Shown: positions 9,436-18,786, numbered from the stretch's first letter. The stretch is 32,000 nucleotides of DNA from Pseudodesulfovibrio mercurii (GCF_000189295.2 NC_016803.1:3540001-3572000), one strand, 5' to 3'. Notes: generated from the letters alone by a model not told the origin. Program-made: numbers and translations.

Positions 9436-9477
9436 GTCGTGGCGCTCCTGGGGTAAAATGATGCGGTCTCCGGACGG

Positions 9478-9505
9478 ATCATAGCAGACGACCGGAATCC
9501 GGCAA
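9478..9505 (-). promoter_or_regulatory. candidate sigma70-type promoter for the histidine kinase/tautomerase unit (TTGCCG-16 nt-TATGAT)
   Basis: Minus-strand reading: -35 at 9505-9500 and -10 at 9483-9478, about 43 nt upstream of the ATG at 9435. AGGAG Shine-Dalgarno lies between. Motif match only. Confidence 0.35.
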
Positions 9506-9542
9506 GGGTATTAGAATGCGGTTCGCCGCAGCCGGTCCGGGA

Positions 9543-10331
9543 TCAGGCGGAGAGCATCATGCCCGCGATTTCACGCAGGATCTTGGCCCCGGTCATGGCC
9601 GTGACGCCGTTCAGGTCGCGGTCCGGGTTGAGCTCCACCACGTCCGCCCCGATGACCGGCGCGTCCAGGCCGTGGAGCACGTCGAGCAGCTCGCGTGTGC
9701 TCAGGCCGCCCGGCTCGTGGTGCGACACCCCCGGCGCAAAGGCCGGGTCCAGGGCGTCCAGGTCCACGCTGACATAGACCGGGACGTCGAAGGAGAGCTT
9801 CGGCCAGTTGGCCCGGTCCTTCATCTCCAGCCACTCGATGCCGAACCGCTCCCGCTGCTCGCGCTGGTGCCCGTGGGCCGTGCGGATGCCCACCGAGACC
9901 AGCCGGGTGCACAATTGCGCCTCCATGATCCGGGCAAAGGGGCAGGCGTGGGAATGGGGATTGCCCTCGAACTCGTGGTAGCAGTCCGGGTGGGCATCGA
10001 AGTGCAGGATGGCGAAATCGCCCACGGCCCGCCCGAGACCCCGGACCAGGGGGTGGGTCACGGAGTGGTCCCCGCCCAGGAAGATGGGGCGCAGACCGGC
10101 CCGTCCCGCCTGGAACGCGGCCTCCTCGATGACCGCGAAGGCCGTATCCGGGTCGTTCAGGCCGAGCGCCCCCCGGTGGTCCAGGACCGGCCCCAGGTCG
10201 AAGCCGGTCTCGGTCCACAGGTTGGCAGAATCGCAGTGCAGGGCCTGGACCAGGGCGAAGGGTCCCTTGGCCGGGCCGCGCAGGTACGACGAGTTGTGGT
10301 CCAGGGGGACGCCGATGACGGGGATACGCAT
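9543..10331 (-). CDS. arginase-family ureohydrolase, most likely an agmatinase
   Basis: Track ORF of 262 aa with the family metal-binding motifs GGDHSVT, HFDAHPD and SVDLDALDP. Substrate specificity cannot be told from the sequence alone. Confidence 0.85.
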   Translation of the reverse strand: MRIPVIGVPLDHNSSYLRGPAKGPFALVQALHCDSANLWTETGFDLGPVLDHRGALGLNDPDTAFAVIEEAAFQAGRAGLRPIFLGGDHSVTHPLVRGLGRAVGDFAILHFDAHPDCYHEFEGNPHSHACPFARIMEAQLCTRLVSVGIRTAHGHQREQRERFGIEWLEMKDRANWPKLSFDVPVYVSVDLDALDPAFAPGVSHHEPGGLSTRELLDVLHGLDAPVIGADVVELNPDRDLNGVTAMTGAKILREIAGMMLSA

Positions 10332-10338
10332 GTCCGGC

Positions 10339-11724
10339 CTACAGGATGTAACGCGACAGGTCGCGGTCCTCGATGACCTCGCCCAGCTGGGCCACCACGT
10401 AGTCGCGGTCGATGACGACCTGGCTGCCGGACTTGTCCGGGGCCTCGTAGGACAGGTTGGCCAGGATCTTCTCCATGATGGTGTAAAGCCTGCGCGCGCC
10501 GATGTTCTCGGTCTCCTCGTTGATCTTCTCGGCCATGACCGCGATCTCCTCCAGGGCTTCCCTGGTGTAGTCCACGGTCACGCCCTCGGTCTGGAGCAGG
10601 GCCTTGTACTGCACGGTCAGGGCGTTCCTGGGCTCGGTCAGGATCTTGTAGAACTCCTCCTTGTGCAGGGAGGCCAGCTCCTCGCGCAGGGGGAACCGGC
10701 CCTGGAGCTCGGGGATGAGGTCCGACGGCTTGGCGAAGTGGAAGGCCCCGGCCGCGATGAACAGGATATGGTCGGTCTTGACCATGCCGTACTTGGTGTT
10801 GACCACGCTGCCCTCGACAATGGGCAGCAGGTCGCGCTGCACGCCCTCGCGTGACACGTCGGCCGAGCCGCCACCCATCTGGTCGTGGCGCGAGGCGATC
10901 TTGTCCATCTCGTCGATGAACAGAATGCCCTGCTGCTCCACGCGCTCCCTGGCCAGCTCGTTGACCGTGTCCGGGTCGATGAGCTTGTCGGCCTCTTCGT
11001 CGATGAGCAGTTGGTAGGCGTCCTTGATCTTCATTTTGCGGGCCTTGCGCTTGCCCGGAAACATGTTGGAAAAGGCGTTCTGCAGGTTGGAGCCCATCTC
11101 CTCCATGCCGGGGATGGCCATGATCTCCACGGACGCCCCGCTCTGAACCGTGACCTGCATCTCCACCTCGCGTTCGTCCAGCTGGCCCGCGCGGAACATC
11201 TGGCGGAACTTCTCGCGGGTGGCGTCCTCTCTGGGCGGCTCGATCTTCTCCACCGCGCCGTCCTGGCCGCCCTGGAAAAAGCCCATGGCCCCGCCGGGCT
11301 GCGGTTTCTTGCCGGGCAGGAGCAGGTCGAGGAGACGTTCCTCGGCGTTCTTCTCGGCCTTGATGCGGACTTTTTCGGTCTCTTCCTTGCGGACCATGTT
11401 CACGCCGATCTCCATGAGGTCGCGGATCATGGACTCCACGTCGCGGCCCACGTAGCCCACCTCGGTGAACTTGGTGGCCTCGACCTTGAAGAACGGGCAG
11501 TTGGCCAGGCGGGCCAGCCTGCGGGCGATCTCGGTCTTGCCCACGCCGGTGGGGCCCATCAGGATGATGTTCTTGGGCGCGATCTCGTCGCGCAGCTCCG
11601 GATCGAGCTGCTGCCTGCGCCAGCGGTTGCGCATGGCGATGGCCACCATGCGTTTGGCCGCCTCCTGGCCGATGATGTACTTGTCCAGTTCCGATACGAT
11701 TTCACGGGGGGTCAGATTGCTCAT
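10339..11724 (-). CDS. hslU: ATP-dependent protease HslVU, ATPase subunit HslU
   Basis: Track ORF of 461 aa. N-terminus [40 protein letters not shown] is near-identical in pattern to E. coli HslU. Walker [21 protein letters not shown] Shine-Dalgarno upstream. Confidence 0.97.
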   Translation of the reverse strand: MSNLTPREIVSELDKYIIGQEAAKRMVAIAMRNRWRRQQLDPELRDEIAPKNIILMGPTGVGKTEIARRLARLANCPFFKVEATKFTEVGYVGRDVESMIRDLMEIGVNMVRKEETEKVRIKAEKNAEERLLDLLLPGKKPQPGGAMGFFQGGQDGAVEKIEPPREDATREKFRQMFRAGQLDEREVEMQVTVQSGASVEIMAIPGMEEMGSNLQNAFSNMFPGKRKARKMKIKDAYQLLIDEEADKLIDPDTVNELARERVEQQGILFIDEMDKIASRHDQMGGGSADVSREGVQRDLLPIVEGSVVNTKYGMVKTDHILFIAAGAFHFAKPSDLIPELQGRFPLREELASLHKEEFYKILTEPRNALTVQYKALLQTEGVTVDYTREALEEIAVMAEKINEETENIGARRLYTIMEKILANLSYEAPDKSGSQVVIDRDYVVAQLGEVIEDRDLSRYIL

Positions 11725-11741
11725 GTGGATGCCTCCGGCGG

Positions 11742-11790
11742 CTTAAGAACCGTTTGAAAAAGGTTCTTAAGAATCTCCAAAACTTTTTAT
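11742..11790 (+). repeat. intergenic repeat module A1: perfect 10-bp-stem hairpin plus CCAAAACTTTTTAT tail
   Basis: Hairpin is CTTAAGAACC (11742-11751), 10-nt loop, GGTTCTTAAG (11762-11771). It is followed by aatctCCAAAACTTTTTAT (to 11790). Same layout as the module at 18831-18922. Confidence 0.7.
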
Positions 11791-11904
11791 CGCACGCCTG
11801 TCGGCGTGGGAGTGTTCTCGATTATATGGCACGTCCCATCGAGGACGCACCCTCCACGCCGCCATGTTTTTTCTCGCGTTCCTCATCCCTTCCAGGCGGC
11901 GTGG

Positions 11905-11965
11905 CGCCAAAAAGTTTGGAAGGGAGAGCGCGAGAGGGAAACTTTTCCAAAAGTTTCCCTCCCGC
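11905..11965 (-). repeat. intergenic repeat module A2, in inverted orientation relative to A1
   Basis: Plus strand reads CCAAAAAGTTTGGAAGGGAGAGCGCGAGAGGGAAACTTTTccAAAAGTTTCCCTCCC. There is a 13-bp perfect stem at 11934-11961. The AAAAAGTTTGG motif is the reverse complement of the tail motif of A1 and of the 18908-18920 motif. Confidence 0.7.
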
Positions 11966-11978
11966 ATCTTCATGACAA

Positions 11979-12518
<540 letters not shown>

Positions 12519-12527
12519 GGGTGCTCC

Positions 12528-13076
12528 TTACAGGATGTCTTCGGCGATGCGCGACCAGGTGTCGTAGGCCGCTTCGCCGTGCAGGACCATGACCGCTTCA
12601 ATGACCAGTCCCGCCTCGATCCCTTCCTTGAGGACCGTGAGCGCGATGCGCGCCGCGTCTTCGACCGGATAGCCGTAGACGCCGCAGGAGATGGCCGGAA
12701 AGGCCAGGGTCTGGATGTCGTGTCGATGGGCGAGGGCGAGGCTGTTGCGGTAGGCGTTGCCGAGCAGCTCGGGCTCGCTGTTTGCGCCGCCGCGCCAGAT
12801 GGGGCCGACGGTGTGGATGATGTGCCGTGCGGGCAGGCCGAAGCCCGGCGTGATGACCGCCTCGCCGGGCGGCAGGGAACCTATCTCGCGGATGATCTCC
12901 CGGCAGGCAGCCTGGAGCCGGTCGATCCCGGCCGCGCGGTGGATGGCTCCGTCCACGCCGCCGCCCCCGGCCAGGCGTGAGTTGGCCGCGTTGACGACGG
13001 CGTCCACGGTCAGCCGGGTGATGTCGCCTTCGCGGACGGACAGCCGTCCGGGGCCTGCGCTCCATGTTCTCTGCAT
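12528..13076 (-). CDS. ymdB: macro-domain protein, O-acetyl-ADP-ribose deacetylase (YmdB-like)
   Basis: Track ORF of 182 aa with [34 protein letters not shown] and [13 protein letters not shown]. It matches the E. coli YmdB pattern closely. Its stop is 9 bp upstream of the hslV start. Confidence 0.9.
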   Translation of the reverse strand: MQRTWSAGPGRLSVREGDITRLTVDAVVNAANSRLAGGGGVDGAIHRAAGIDRLQAACREIIREIGSLPPGEAVITPGFGLPARHIIHTVGPIWRGGANSEPELLGNAYRNSLALAHRHDIQTLAFPAISCGVYGYPVEDAARIALTVLKEGIEAGLVIEAVMVLHGEAAYDTWSRIAEDIL

Positions 13077-13171
13077 GACGCCTTGTTAGGTAAGGCCTCG
13101 GGGCGAAATGGCAAGGGGGACGGTGCGCGAAAAACTTTCGGCAGCCGTGGGTTCGTGCTATGGTGGCGGCA

Positions 13172-14356
13172 ATGAGCAAGACCGAGACCATACTCCTGGT
13201 GGACGACCAGCCCGAGAACATCAGCATCATGATCGAGGCGCTGTATCCCCTGTACACCCTGCTGGCCGCCACCGACGGGGCCACGGCTCTGGAGCGCGCG
13301 GCGGGCGACCCCCGGCCGGACCTGATCCTGCTGGACGTGATGATGCCGGGCATGAGCGGCCACGAGGTCTGCCGGAGGCTCAAGGAAGACCCGGCCACGC
13401 GGGACATCCCGGTCATCTTCGTGACCTCCCTGGACGCCCCGGACGACGAGGCCAGGGGACTGCGCGCCGGTGCCTCGGACTACATCGCCAAGCCCATCAG
13501 TCCGCCCGTGGTCCAGGCCCGGGTGAGGGCGCATCTGGACCTCAAGCTGGCGCGGGAGCAGTTGCAGCGCCACAACGAGGCCCTGGAGGAGCGGGTCCGG
13601 GAGCGCACCGCCGAGGTGGTCCGGGCCCAGCGGGAGCGGGTGGAGAGCCTCAAGCACTTCGCCGACGCCATGGCCCACCAGATCCGCAACCCGGTCATGT
13701 CCATCGGCGGTATCGCCGGGCTGCTCCTGCGCAAGGTACCGGAGGGCAGTTCGCTGGCCTCCTATGCCGAGGCCGTGCGCGAGGACAGCCTACGGCTGGA
13801 GAGCCTGGTGGGGGTCATCAGCGAGTACGTCTCCCTGTCCGTGGGGGAATTCTCCGACGTGGAGGCGGCCGGGCTTATGGACGCGGCCCTGGACAGGGCG
13901 CGCGGATTCGCGGCGTCCTCGGGCCGGGAGCTGATGGTGGACGGCGGCCTGCAACCGGGTCTGGTCAGGGTGGACGAGCGCATCGTGGTCACGGCCCTGG
14001 CCGAGATCGCGGTCAATGCCGTGGAATTTTCCGGCACGGGGCGCGTGCGTCTGACCGTCCAAGGCGGGCCGGGCATGTTCGCCGACCAGCTGGCCGAGGC
14101 CGGGCTGACCGTTCCCGGCCGGGAGCGCTACGGCATCCGCATGGCCGACGACGGACCGGGCATCGACCAGGCGGTCCTGCCGTACGTGACCGATCCCTTC
14201 TTCACCACCAAGGCGCAGGGCGTGGGCATGGGGCTGACCAAGGTCAAGCGGGTCATCTGCGACGAGCACGGCGGGACCCTGCTCGTCCTGTCGCCCGCCA
14301 CGGAGGACGGGGAACGGCCCGGAACGGCGGTCGTCTTCGACCTGCCCCTGGCCTAG
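13172..14356 (+). CDS. hybrid signalling protein: N-terminal response-regulator receiver, coiled coil, then HisKA-like and HATPase_c domains
   Basis: Track ORF 13160..14356. REC motifs ILLVDDQPEN, LILLDVMMPGMSG and DYIAKP. H-box-like HFADAMAHQIRNPV. C-terminal ADDGPGID...DPFFTTKAQGVGMGLTKV. Start is either ATG 13172 (MSKTETILLVDD) or ATG 13160. Confidence 0.85.
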   Translation: MSKTETILLVDDQPENISIMIEALYPLYTLLAATDGATALERAAGDPRPDLILLDVMMPGMSGHEVCRRLKEDPATRDIPVIFVTSLDAPDDEARGLRAGASDYIAKPISPPVVQARVRAHLDLKLAREQLQRHNEALEERVRERTAEVVRAQRERVESLKHFADAMAHQIRNPVMSIGGIAGLLLRKVPEGSSLASYAEAVREDSLRLESLVGVISEYVSLSVGEFSDVEAAGLMDAALDRARGFAASSGRELMVDGGLQPGLVRVDERIVVTALAEIAVNAVEFSGTGRVRLTVQGGPGMFADQLAEAGLTVPGRERYGIRMADDGPGIDQAVLPYVTDPFFTTKAQGVGMGLTKVKRVICDEHGGTLLVLSPATEDGERPGTAVVFDLPLA

Positions 14357-14366
14357 TCCGTTTGTA

Positions 14367-16259
14367 TCAGCTTGCCTTGGCCGGGGGTTGCAGTTCGGCG
14401 CTCAGGGCGGCCTCGCCCTGGCCCTCGCCCTTCACCTCGGCGATGGCCTCGGCGTAGGCCAGGAACACGTCGTCGCGGTTGATCAGGCCGAGGATGTCCG
14501 AGGTGTCGGTCTCGGAGACCACCGGAATCTGGCCGTAGTCCGTGTTCACGAAGCGGAGCAGGGCCTGGTACAGGTCGTAGTCCGGGCGGACGTAGACCGG
14601 CCGCGACATGAGGTCGCGGACCACCACCAGTTCGTGCAGTTCCTCCTCGAACATCCAGCTGCGCACGTTGTGGATGGAGACCATGCCCACGTAGGTGCCG
14701 TCCTGGCTGCGGACCGGGAAGTAGAACTGGTCCGAGTGGGCGATGATGTCGGTCAGCGCCTTCAGGGTGGTGCCCTCTTCCAGGACGATGACGTCGCCGG
14801 GGTTGTAGAAGTCCGAGACGTGCATCTGTTCGAGGATGTTGATGGTCGCGTCCTCGGCGTGGGCCGGGGAGTCGAACTTGTTCTCCACCTGGTGCTCGTA
14901 GAGGGAGTAGCCGCGTCCGAGCACGATGCACAGGGCCGAGGCGAGCATGAGCGGGGCGAGCAGGCCGTAGCCCTGGGTCAGTTCGGTGACCATGATCAGC
15001 GGGCCGATGGGGGCGTTGGCCACGCCCGCGAAGAAGGCGGCCATGCCGACCAGGATGTACGCGCCGGGCTGGGTGACGATGTTCGGGAAGAAGTGGTGGC
15101 CGAGCTTGCCCACCAGGCCGCCGGACATGCCGCCCACGAACAGGGCCGGGGCGAACATACCGCCGGACATGCCCGAGCCGATGGTCACCGAGGTGGCCAG
15201 GGTCTTGCCGATGATGATGTAGCACATGCCCAGGGCCGGAATCTGGCCGAGGATGGCCAGTTCGAGCCAGCCGTAGCCGCCGGACAGGATGCCGCCGGTG
15301 ACCAGGCCGTTTTGGGCGGTGTAGGGGTAGAGGATGCCGAGCAGCCCCATGGCCAGGCCGCCCAGTCCCATGGACCAGACCAGGCCGATCTTCTCCTTGA
15401 GGGGGAAGAAGACGTGATATTTGATGGTGTAGAAGGTCTTGACGTAGAGCCAGCCCACCGCGGCGCAGACAAAGGCCAGCAGGGCGTAGAAGATCAGCTC
15501 GCGCGGGTCGTGGAAGGTGAATCGCGGGATGCCGAAGATGGGGTCCGTGCCGTAGAAGAAGGTGAAGATGGAGTAGGAGACCACCGAACTCATGACCGAG
15601 GGCAGGATGGCCTCGGACTCGAAGTCCTCGCGGTAGATGACCTCCACGGCGGTCAGGGCGCCGCCGAGCGGGGCGCGGAAGATGGCCCCCAGGCCGCCCG
15701 CCGCGCCGGCCAGCAGGAGCATGCGCCGTTCCTTGGCGGACATGTTCATGAGCTTGGCCAGCCAGGAGCCGATGCCCGCGCCCATCTGGGTGATGGGGCC
15801 CTCGCGTCCGGCCGATCCGCCCGAGGCGATGGTCAGGACCGAGCACAGTCCCTTGATGATGGCCACGCGGCCCTTGATGATGCCGCCGCTGTTGTGGAAG
15901 GCGTTGATGGTCGCGTCCGTGCCGTCCGTTCCGCCGTTGATGGTCTCGGGGATGAAGGTCTTGACCAGCCAGCCGGTGAGCAGGGCCGTGCCCGTGGTGA
16001 AGACCGGGATGACCCACGGCCGGAACTGGCCCGCCGGACCCTCGAACAAGCCCTCGCCCGCCGGGTCCGGGGAGACGATGCCCGCCAGATGGTGCTGGAT
16101 GAGGAACTTGCCGCTCTCCACCAGCCAGAAGAAGCCCGCGGCCACGAGCCCGGACAGGGTGCCGACGACCACGCCGATGATCAGCCATCGGAACGAGGTC
16201 ACCGTGCGGTAGGATTTGACGAAATCCTTCCAGTAATTGATCAGTCTGTGAAAAGGCAT
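14367..16259 (-). CDS. voltage-gated ClC-family chloride channel/transporter with tandem C-terminal CBS domains
   Basis: C-terminal 630 aa of track ORF 14367..17198(-), from ATG 16259 (MPFHRLINYWKDF...). ClC motifs GSGGSAGREGP, GAIFRAPLGGALTAVEVI and GMFAPALF, followed by two CBS repeats. The upstream part of the track ORF overlaps ribF in another frame. Confidence 0.9.
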   Translation of the reverse strand: MPFHRLINYWKDFVKSYRTVTSFRWLIIGVVVGTLSGLVAAGFFWLVESGKFLIQHHLAGIVSPDPAGEGLFEGPAGQFRPWVIPVFTTGTALLTGWLVKTFIPETINGGTDGTDATINAFHNSGGIIKGRVAIIKGLCSVLTIASGGSAGREGPITQMGAGIGSWLAKLMNMSAKERRMLLLAGAAGGLGAIFRAPLGGALTAVEVIYREDFESEAILPSVMSSVVSYSIFTFFYGTDPIFGIPRFTFHDPRELIFYALLAFVCAAVGWLYVKTFYTIKYHVFFPLKEKIGLVWSMGLGGLAMGLLGILYPYTAQNGLVTGGILSGGYGWLELAILGQIPALGMCYIIIGKTLATSVTIGSGMSGGMFAPALFVGGMSGGLVGKLGHHFFPNIVTQPGAYILVGMAAFFAGVANAPIGPLIMVTELTQGYGLLAPLMLASALCIVLGRGYSLYEHQVENKFDSPAHAEDATINILEQMHVSDFYNPGDVIVLEEGTTLKALTDIIAHSDQFYFPVRSQDGTYVGMVSIHNVRSWMFEEELHELVVVRDLMSRPVYVRPDYDLYQALLRFVNTDYGQIPVVSETDTSDILGLINRDDVFLAYAEAIAEVKGEGQGEAALSAELQPPAKAS

Positions 16260-16264
16260 GGGAC

Positions 16265-17248
16265 TCAGCGGACCTCCGGGCATCGGTGGAAGTCCGGATG
16301 GGTCAGTTTGATGGCCGCCTCGGGCTGGGCCAGGATGCGTCGGCCCAGTTCCACGTCCTTGGCGATGCGGTCCTTGAGTTCGTCCAGGCCGTTGAACTTC
16401 TTCTCGTCGCGGATGCGCTGCACGAAGTGGACCCGGATCACGTCCCCGTAGATGTCGCCGGAAAAGTCGAGCAGATGGGCCTCCACGGACAGGACGTCGT
16501 TGCCGAAGGTCGGGTTCTTGCCGATGTTGGCCACGCCCTCGTAGACCGCGCCGTCCACCTCGGCCCAGATGGCGTAGACCCCGGGCTTGGGAAAGAGCTC
16601 GTCCACCAGCTTGAGGTTGGCCGTGGGAAAGCCGAGCAGCTTGCCGCCCCGGTTCATGCCGTGCACCACCTCGCCCGTGACCTGGTAGAACCGGCCGAGC
16701 AGGGGGCGCACCGCCCAGACGTGGCCCGCCTGGACCAGGTCGCGGATGCGGGTGGAGGAGACGATGGCGTTGTCGATGGTCACCGGGTCCAGCCGGTCCA
16801 CGGTGAAGCCGTACTTCCCGCCCAGTTCGCACAGGGTCTCGAAGTTTCCGGCCCGTCCCTTGCCCAGGTGGTAGTCGTAGCCGATGATCATGTCCTTCAC
16901 CTTGAGCCCGTCCACCAGGTAGGTCTTGACGAACTCCTCTGGGGAGAGCCGGGCCATGTCCATGGTGAACTCGAGCAGCAGGCAGACCTGCGGCCCGTAC
17001 TGGGAGATGAGCTCCAGCTTCTGTTCGGTCAAGGTGATGAACGGCGGGGTGCGGTCGTTGCGCAGCACCCGCAGGGGATGGGGGTCGAAGGTCACGACCA
17101 CGCTCGTGAGGTCCCGGGCCTTGGCCCGCTCGCAGGCCAGCGCGATGAGTTTCTGATGACCCTTGTGGACTCCGTCGAAGTTGCCGATGGTCACGCATGA
17201 CCCGGCGATGACGCCCTGGATGTCCTGTATGGTCCGTGCGACGATCAT
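16265..17248 (-). CDS. ribF: bifunctional riboflavin kinase / FMN adenylyltransferase
   Basis: Track ORF 16265..17401, trimmed to ATG 17248 (MIVARTIQDIQGVIAGSCVTIGNFDGVHKGHQKLI...). Contains the GNFDGVHxGH motif and, in the kinase half, GFPTANL. Its stop is 5 nt before the ClC start. Confidence 0.95.
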   Translation of the reverse strand: MIVARTIQDIQGVIAGSCVTIGNFDGVHKGHQKLIALACERAKARDLTSVVVTFDPHPLRVLRNDRTPPFITLTEQKLELISQYGPQVCLLLEFTMDMARLSPEEFVKTYLVDGLKVKDMIIGYDYHLGKGRAGNFETLCELGGKYGFTVDRLDPVTIDNAIVSSTRIRDLVQAGHVWAVRPLLGRFYQVTGEVVHGMNRGGKLLGFPTANLKLVDELFPKPGVYAIWAEVDGAVYEGVANIGKNPTFGNDVLSVEAHLLDFSGDIYGDVIRVHFVQRIRDEKKFNGLDELKDRIAKDVELGRRILAQPEAAIKLTHPDFHRCPEVR

Positions 17249-17315
17249 TGTATAGGGTGTTCCTGTTTGAAAAATATGCAACCTACGCCAAAACACCCCG
17301 GTGCACAAGGGTGGG

Positions 17316-18752
17316 CTACTTTCCGATTTGGGCTCGGGCCTGGATGGCGTCCTCCAGCTCCCTGACCTGGTCCTTCTGCTCCTGGGTCTGGGCCAGCTCA
17401 TTGGCCCGCTTCAGGTATTCCCGGGCCTTGTCCAGGCGCATGGAATAGACCGCGGCGTAGGCCAGGTGCAGGTTGCCGCCGAAGACGTCGCCGGATTCGC
17501 CCAGGATCATGCCCAGGTGATGGTGGACCTCCCAGTCCTCGGGCACCAGCTCGTTGACCTTGCGCATGTTCCGGGCGGCCTCGCCGTACTGCTTGGCCTC
17601 GGCCTGGAGCCGGGCCAGATAGAACAGGGCCATGGCGTCGTCCTTGTTCATGATGGACGCCTTCTGCAACAGGCCCAGGGCGCGGTCCGCCTGGCCGCTC
17701 TTGAAGTAGAAAATGCCCGCCTCGCGGACCACCAGGGGGTCGTCCTTGGCCAGGGACAGGGCCTTCTCGAAGGCCGTCTGGGCCTCGTCCAGACGCTTGA
17801 GCCGCTCCAGGGTGATGCCCCGGCCCACCCAGTCCATGGGCGTGTAGTCGCTTTGCTTCATGTCGTCCCAGTAGGCCAGGGCCGTGTTGGCCGGGGACAT
17901 GCGCGAGCGGATCAGGGCCTGAACCCGCTTCAGCCGGGTGTTGTCGTCCTTGCGCTCGAGAAATTCCTTGGGCATGCGCGCGATGCGGTCGTTGAGGTAG
18001 GTGATGCGCTCCGCGGTGCCGGGGTGGGTGGACAGGTAGCTCGGCATGCTCGAGCTGTTGTCGTACCATTTGTTCTTGAGCATGATCTCGAAGGTCTGGG
18101 GCATGCCCTCGGGATTGTAGCCCGCCGCCACCAGGGAGTTGAGACCCACGTGGTCCGCCTCGCGTTCGTCGTCCTGGGAATAGTGGAGCATGGCCGCCGT
18201 GGCCGCGCCCTGGGAGCCGATGACCAGGGCCTGTCCGGCCTGGGCCGCGTTGCCGCCGCCCGCCGCGATGCCCAGCAGCAGCCCGGCCAGCATGCCCGCC
18301 GTGGACAGCAGGGTGACCTTCTTCTGTTTCTCGATGCGGCTGACCACGTGCCGCTGGGAGACGTGCGCCAACTCGTGGGCGATGACCCCGGCCAGCTGCG
18401 ACTCGGTGTCCACGGACTGGATCAGCCCGGTGAAGATGTAGATGTAGCCGCCGGGGATGGCGAAGGCGTTGATCAGCGGATTGGCGATGACCGCGCTCTT
18501 GACGTGGAAGGGCATGGGCCGCTTGCCCGTGACCACCCGGGCCACCACCTCGGCCACGTAGTCGGTGATGTACGTGTCGCCGACCATGTTCTGCTGGGCG
18601 CGGAGAATCTGGTCGAAATCGTGACCCATCTTGTTCTCGTCCCGCAGGGTCATCTTCCCGCCCAGCAAATCCGCACGGGCGTTCACCGCCGGAACCACGA
18701 CCAGCATCAGGGCGGCCAACAGGGCCGGAACTATGGCGGTCACTCTGCGCAT
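17316..18752 (-). CDS. M48-family zinc metalloprotease with C-terminal TPR repeats (BepA/YfgC-like), secreted
   Basis: Track ORF 17316..18896, trimmed to ATG 18752 (MRRVTAIVPALLAALMLVVVPAVNARA, a signal peptide). HEXXH motif (IAHELAHVSQRH). The C-terminal half is TPR-like. Confidence 0.9.
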   Translation of the reverse strand: MRRVTAIVPALLAALMLVVVPAVNARADLLGGKMTLRDENKMGHDFDQILRAQQNMVGDTYITDYVAEVVARVVTGKRPMPFHVKSAVIANPLINAFAIPGGYIYIFTGLIQSVDTESQLAGVIAHELAHVSQRHVVSRIEKQKKVTLLSTAGMLAGLLLGIAAGGGNAAQAGQALVIGSQGAATAAMLHYSQDDEREADHVGLNSLVAAGYNPEGMPQTFEIMLKNKWYDNSSSMPSYLSTHPGTAERITYLNDRIARMPKEFLERKDDNTRLKRVQALIRSRMSPANTALAYWDDMKQSDYTPMDWVGRGITLERLKRLDEAQTAFEKALSLAKDDPLVVREAGIFYFKSGQADRALGLLQKASIMNKDDAMALFYLARLQAEAKQYGEAARNMRKVNELVPEDWEVHHHLGMILGESGDVFGGNLHLAYAAVYSMRLDKAREYLKRANELAQTQEQKDQVRELEDAIQARAQIGK

Positions 18753-18758
18753 GGCGCC

Positions 18759-18786
18759 ATAGTAACCATTTGCCCGCCCAAAGCAA
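18759..18786 (-). promoter_or_regulatory. candidate promoter TTGCTT-16 nt-TACTAT, ending 6 nt before the M48 protease ATG
   Basis: Minus-strand reading: -35 at 18786-18781 and -10 at 18764-18759, then GGCGCC, then ATG at 18752. No purine-rich Shine-Dalgarno lies in between. Motif match only. Confidence 0.35.

Noticed and set aside
7742-9456. 525-aa minus-strand and 504-aa plus-strand ORFs overlapping the histidine kinase and tautomerase genes
   Set aside because: These are shadow ORFs with a biased Arg/Gly/Pro/His composition. The 8014..9435 and 7801..7998 frames have clear domain signatures.
14353-17198. 611-aa ORF 14353..16188(-), 687-aa ORF 14388..16451(+), and the upstream extension of ORF 14367..17198 through ribF
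   Set aside because: The ClC N-terminus starts cleanly at ATG 16259, 5 nt after the ribF stop. The extension reads ribF DNA in a wrong frame, and the other ORFs are shadows.
17262-17277. Sigma-54-like TGGCGtaggTTGCAT (minus strand) upstream of ribF
   Set aside because: The GG-to-GC spacing is 8 nt instead of 10, which is incompatible with the -24/-12 geometry.
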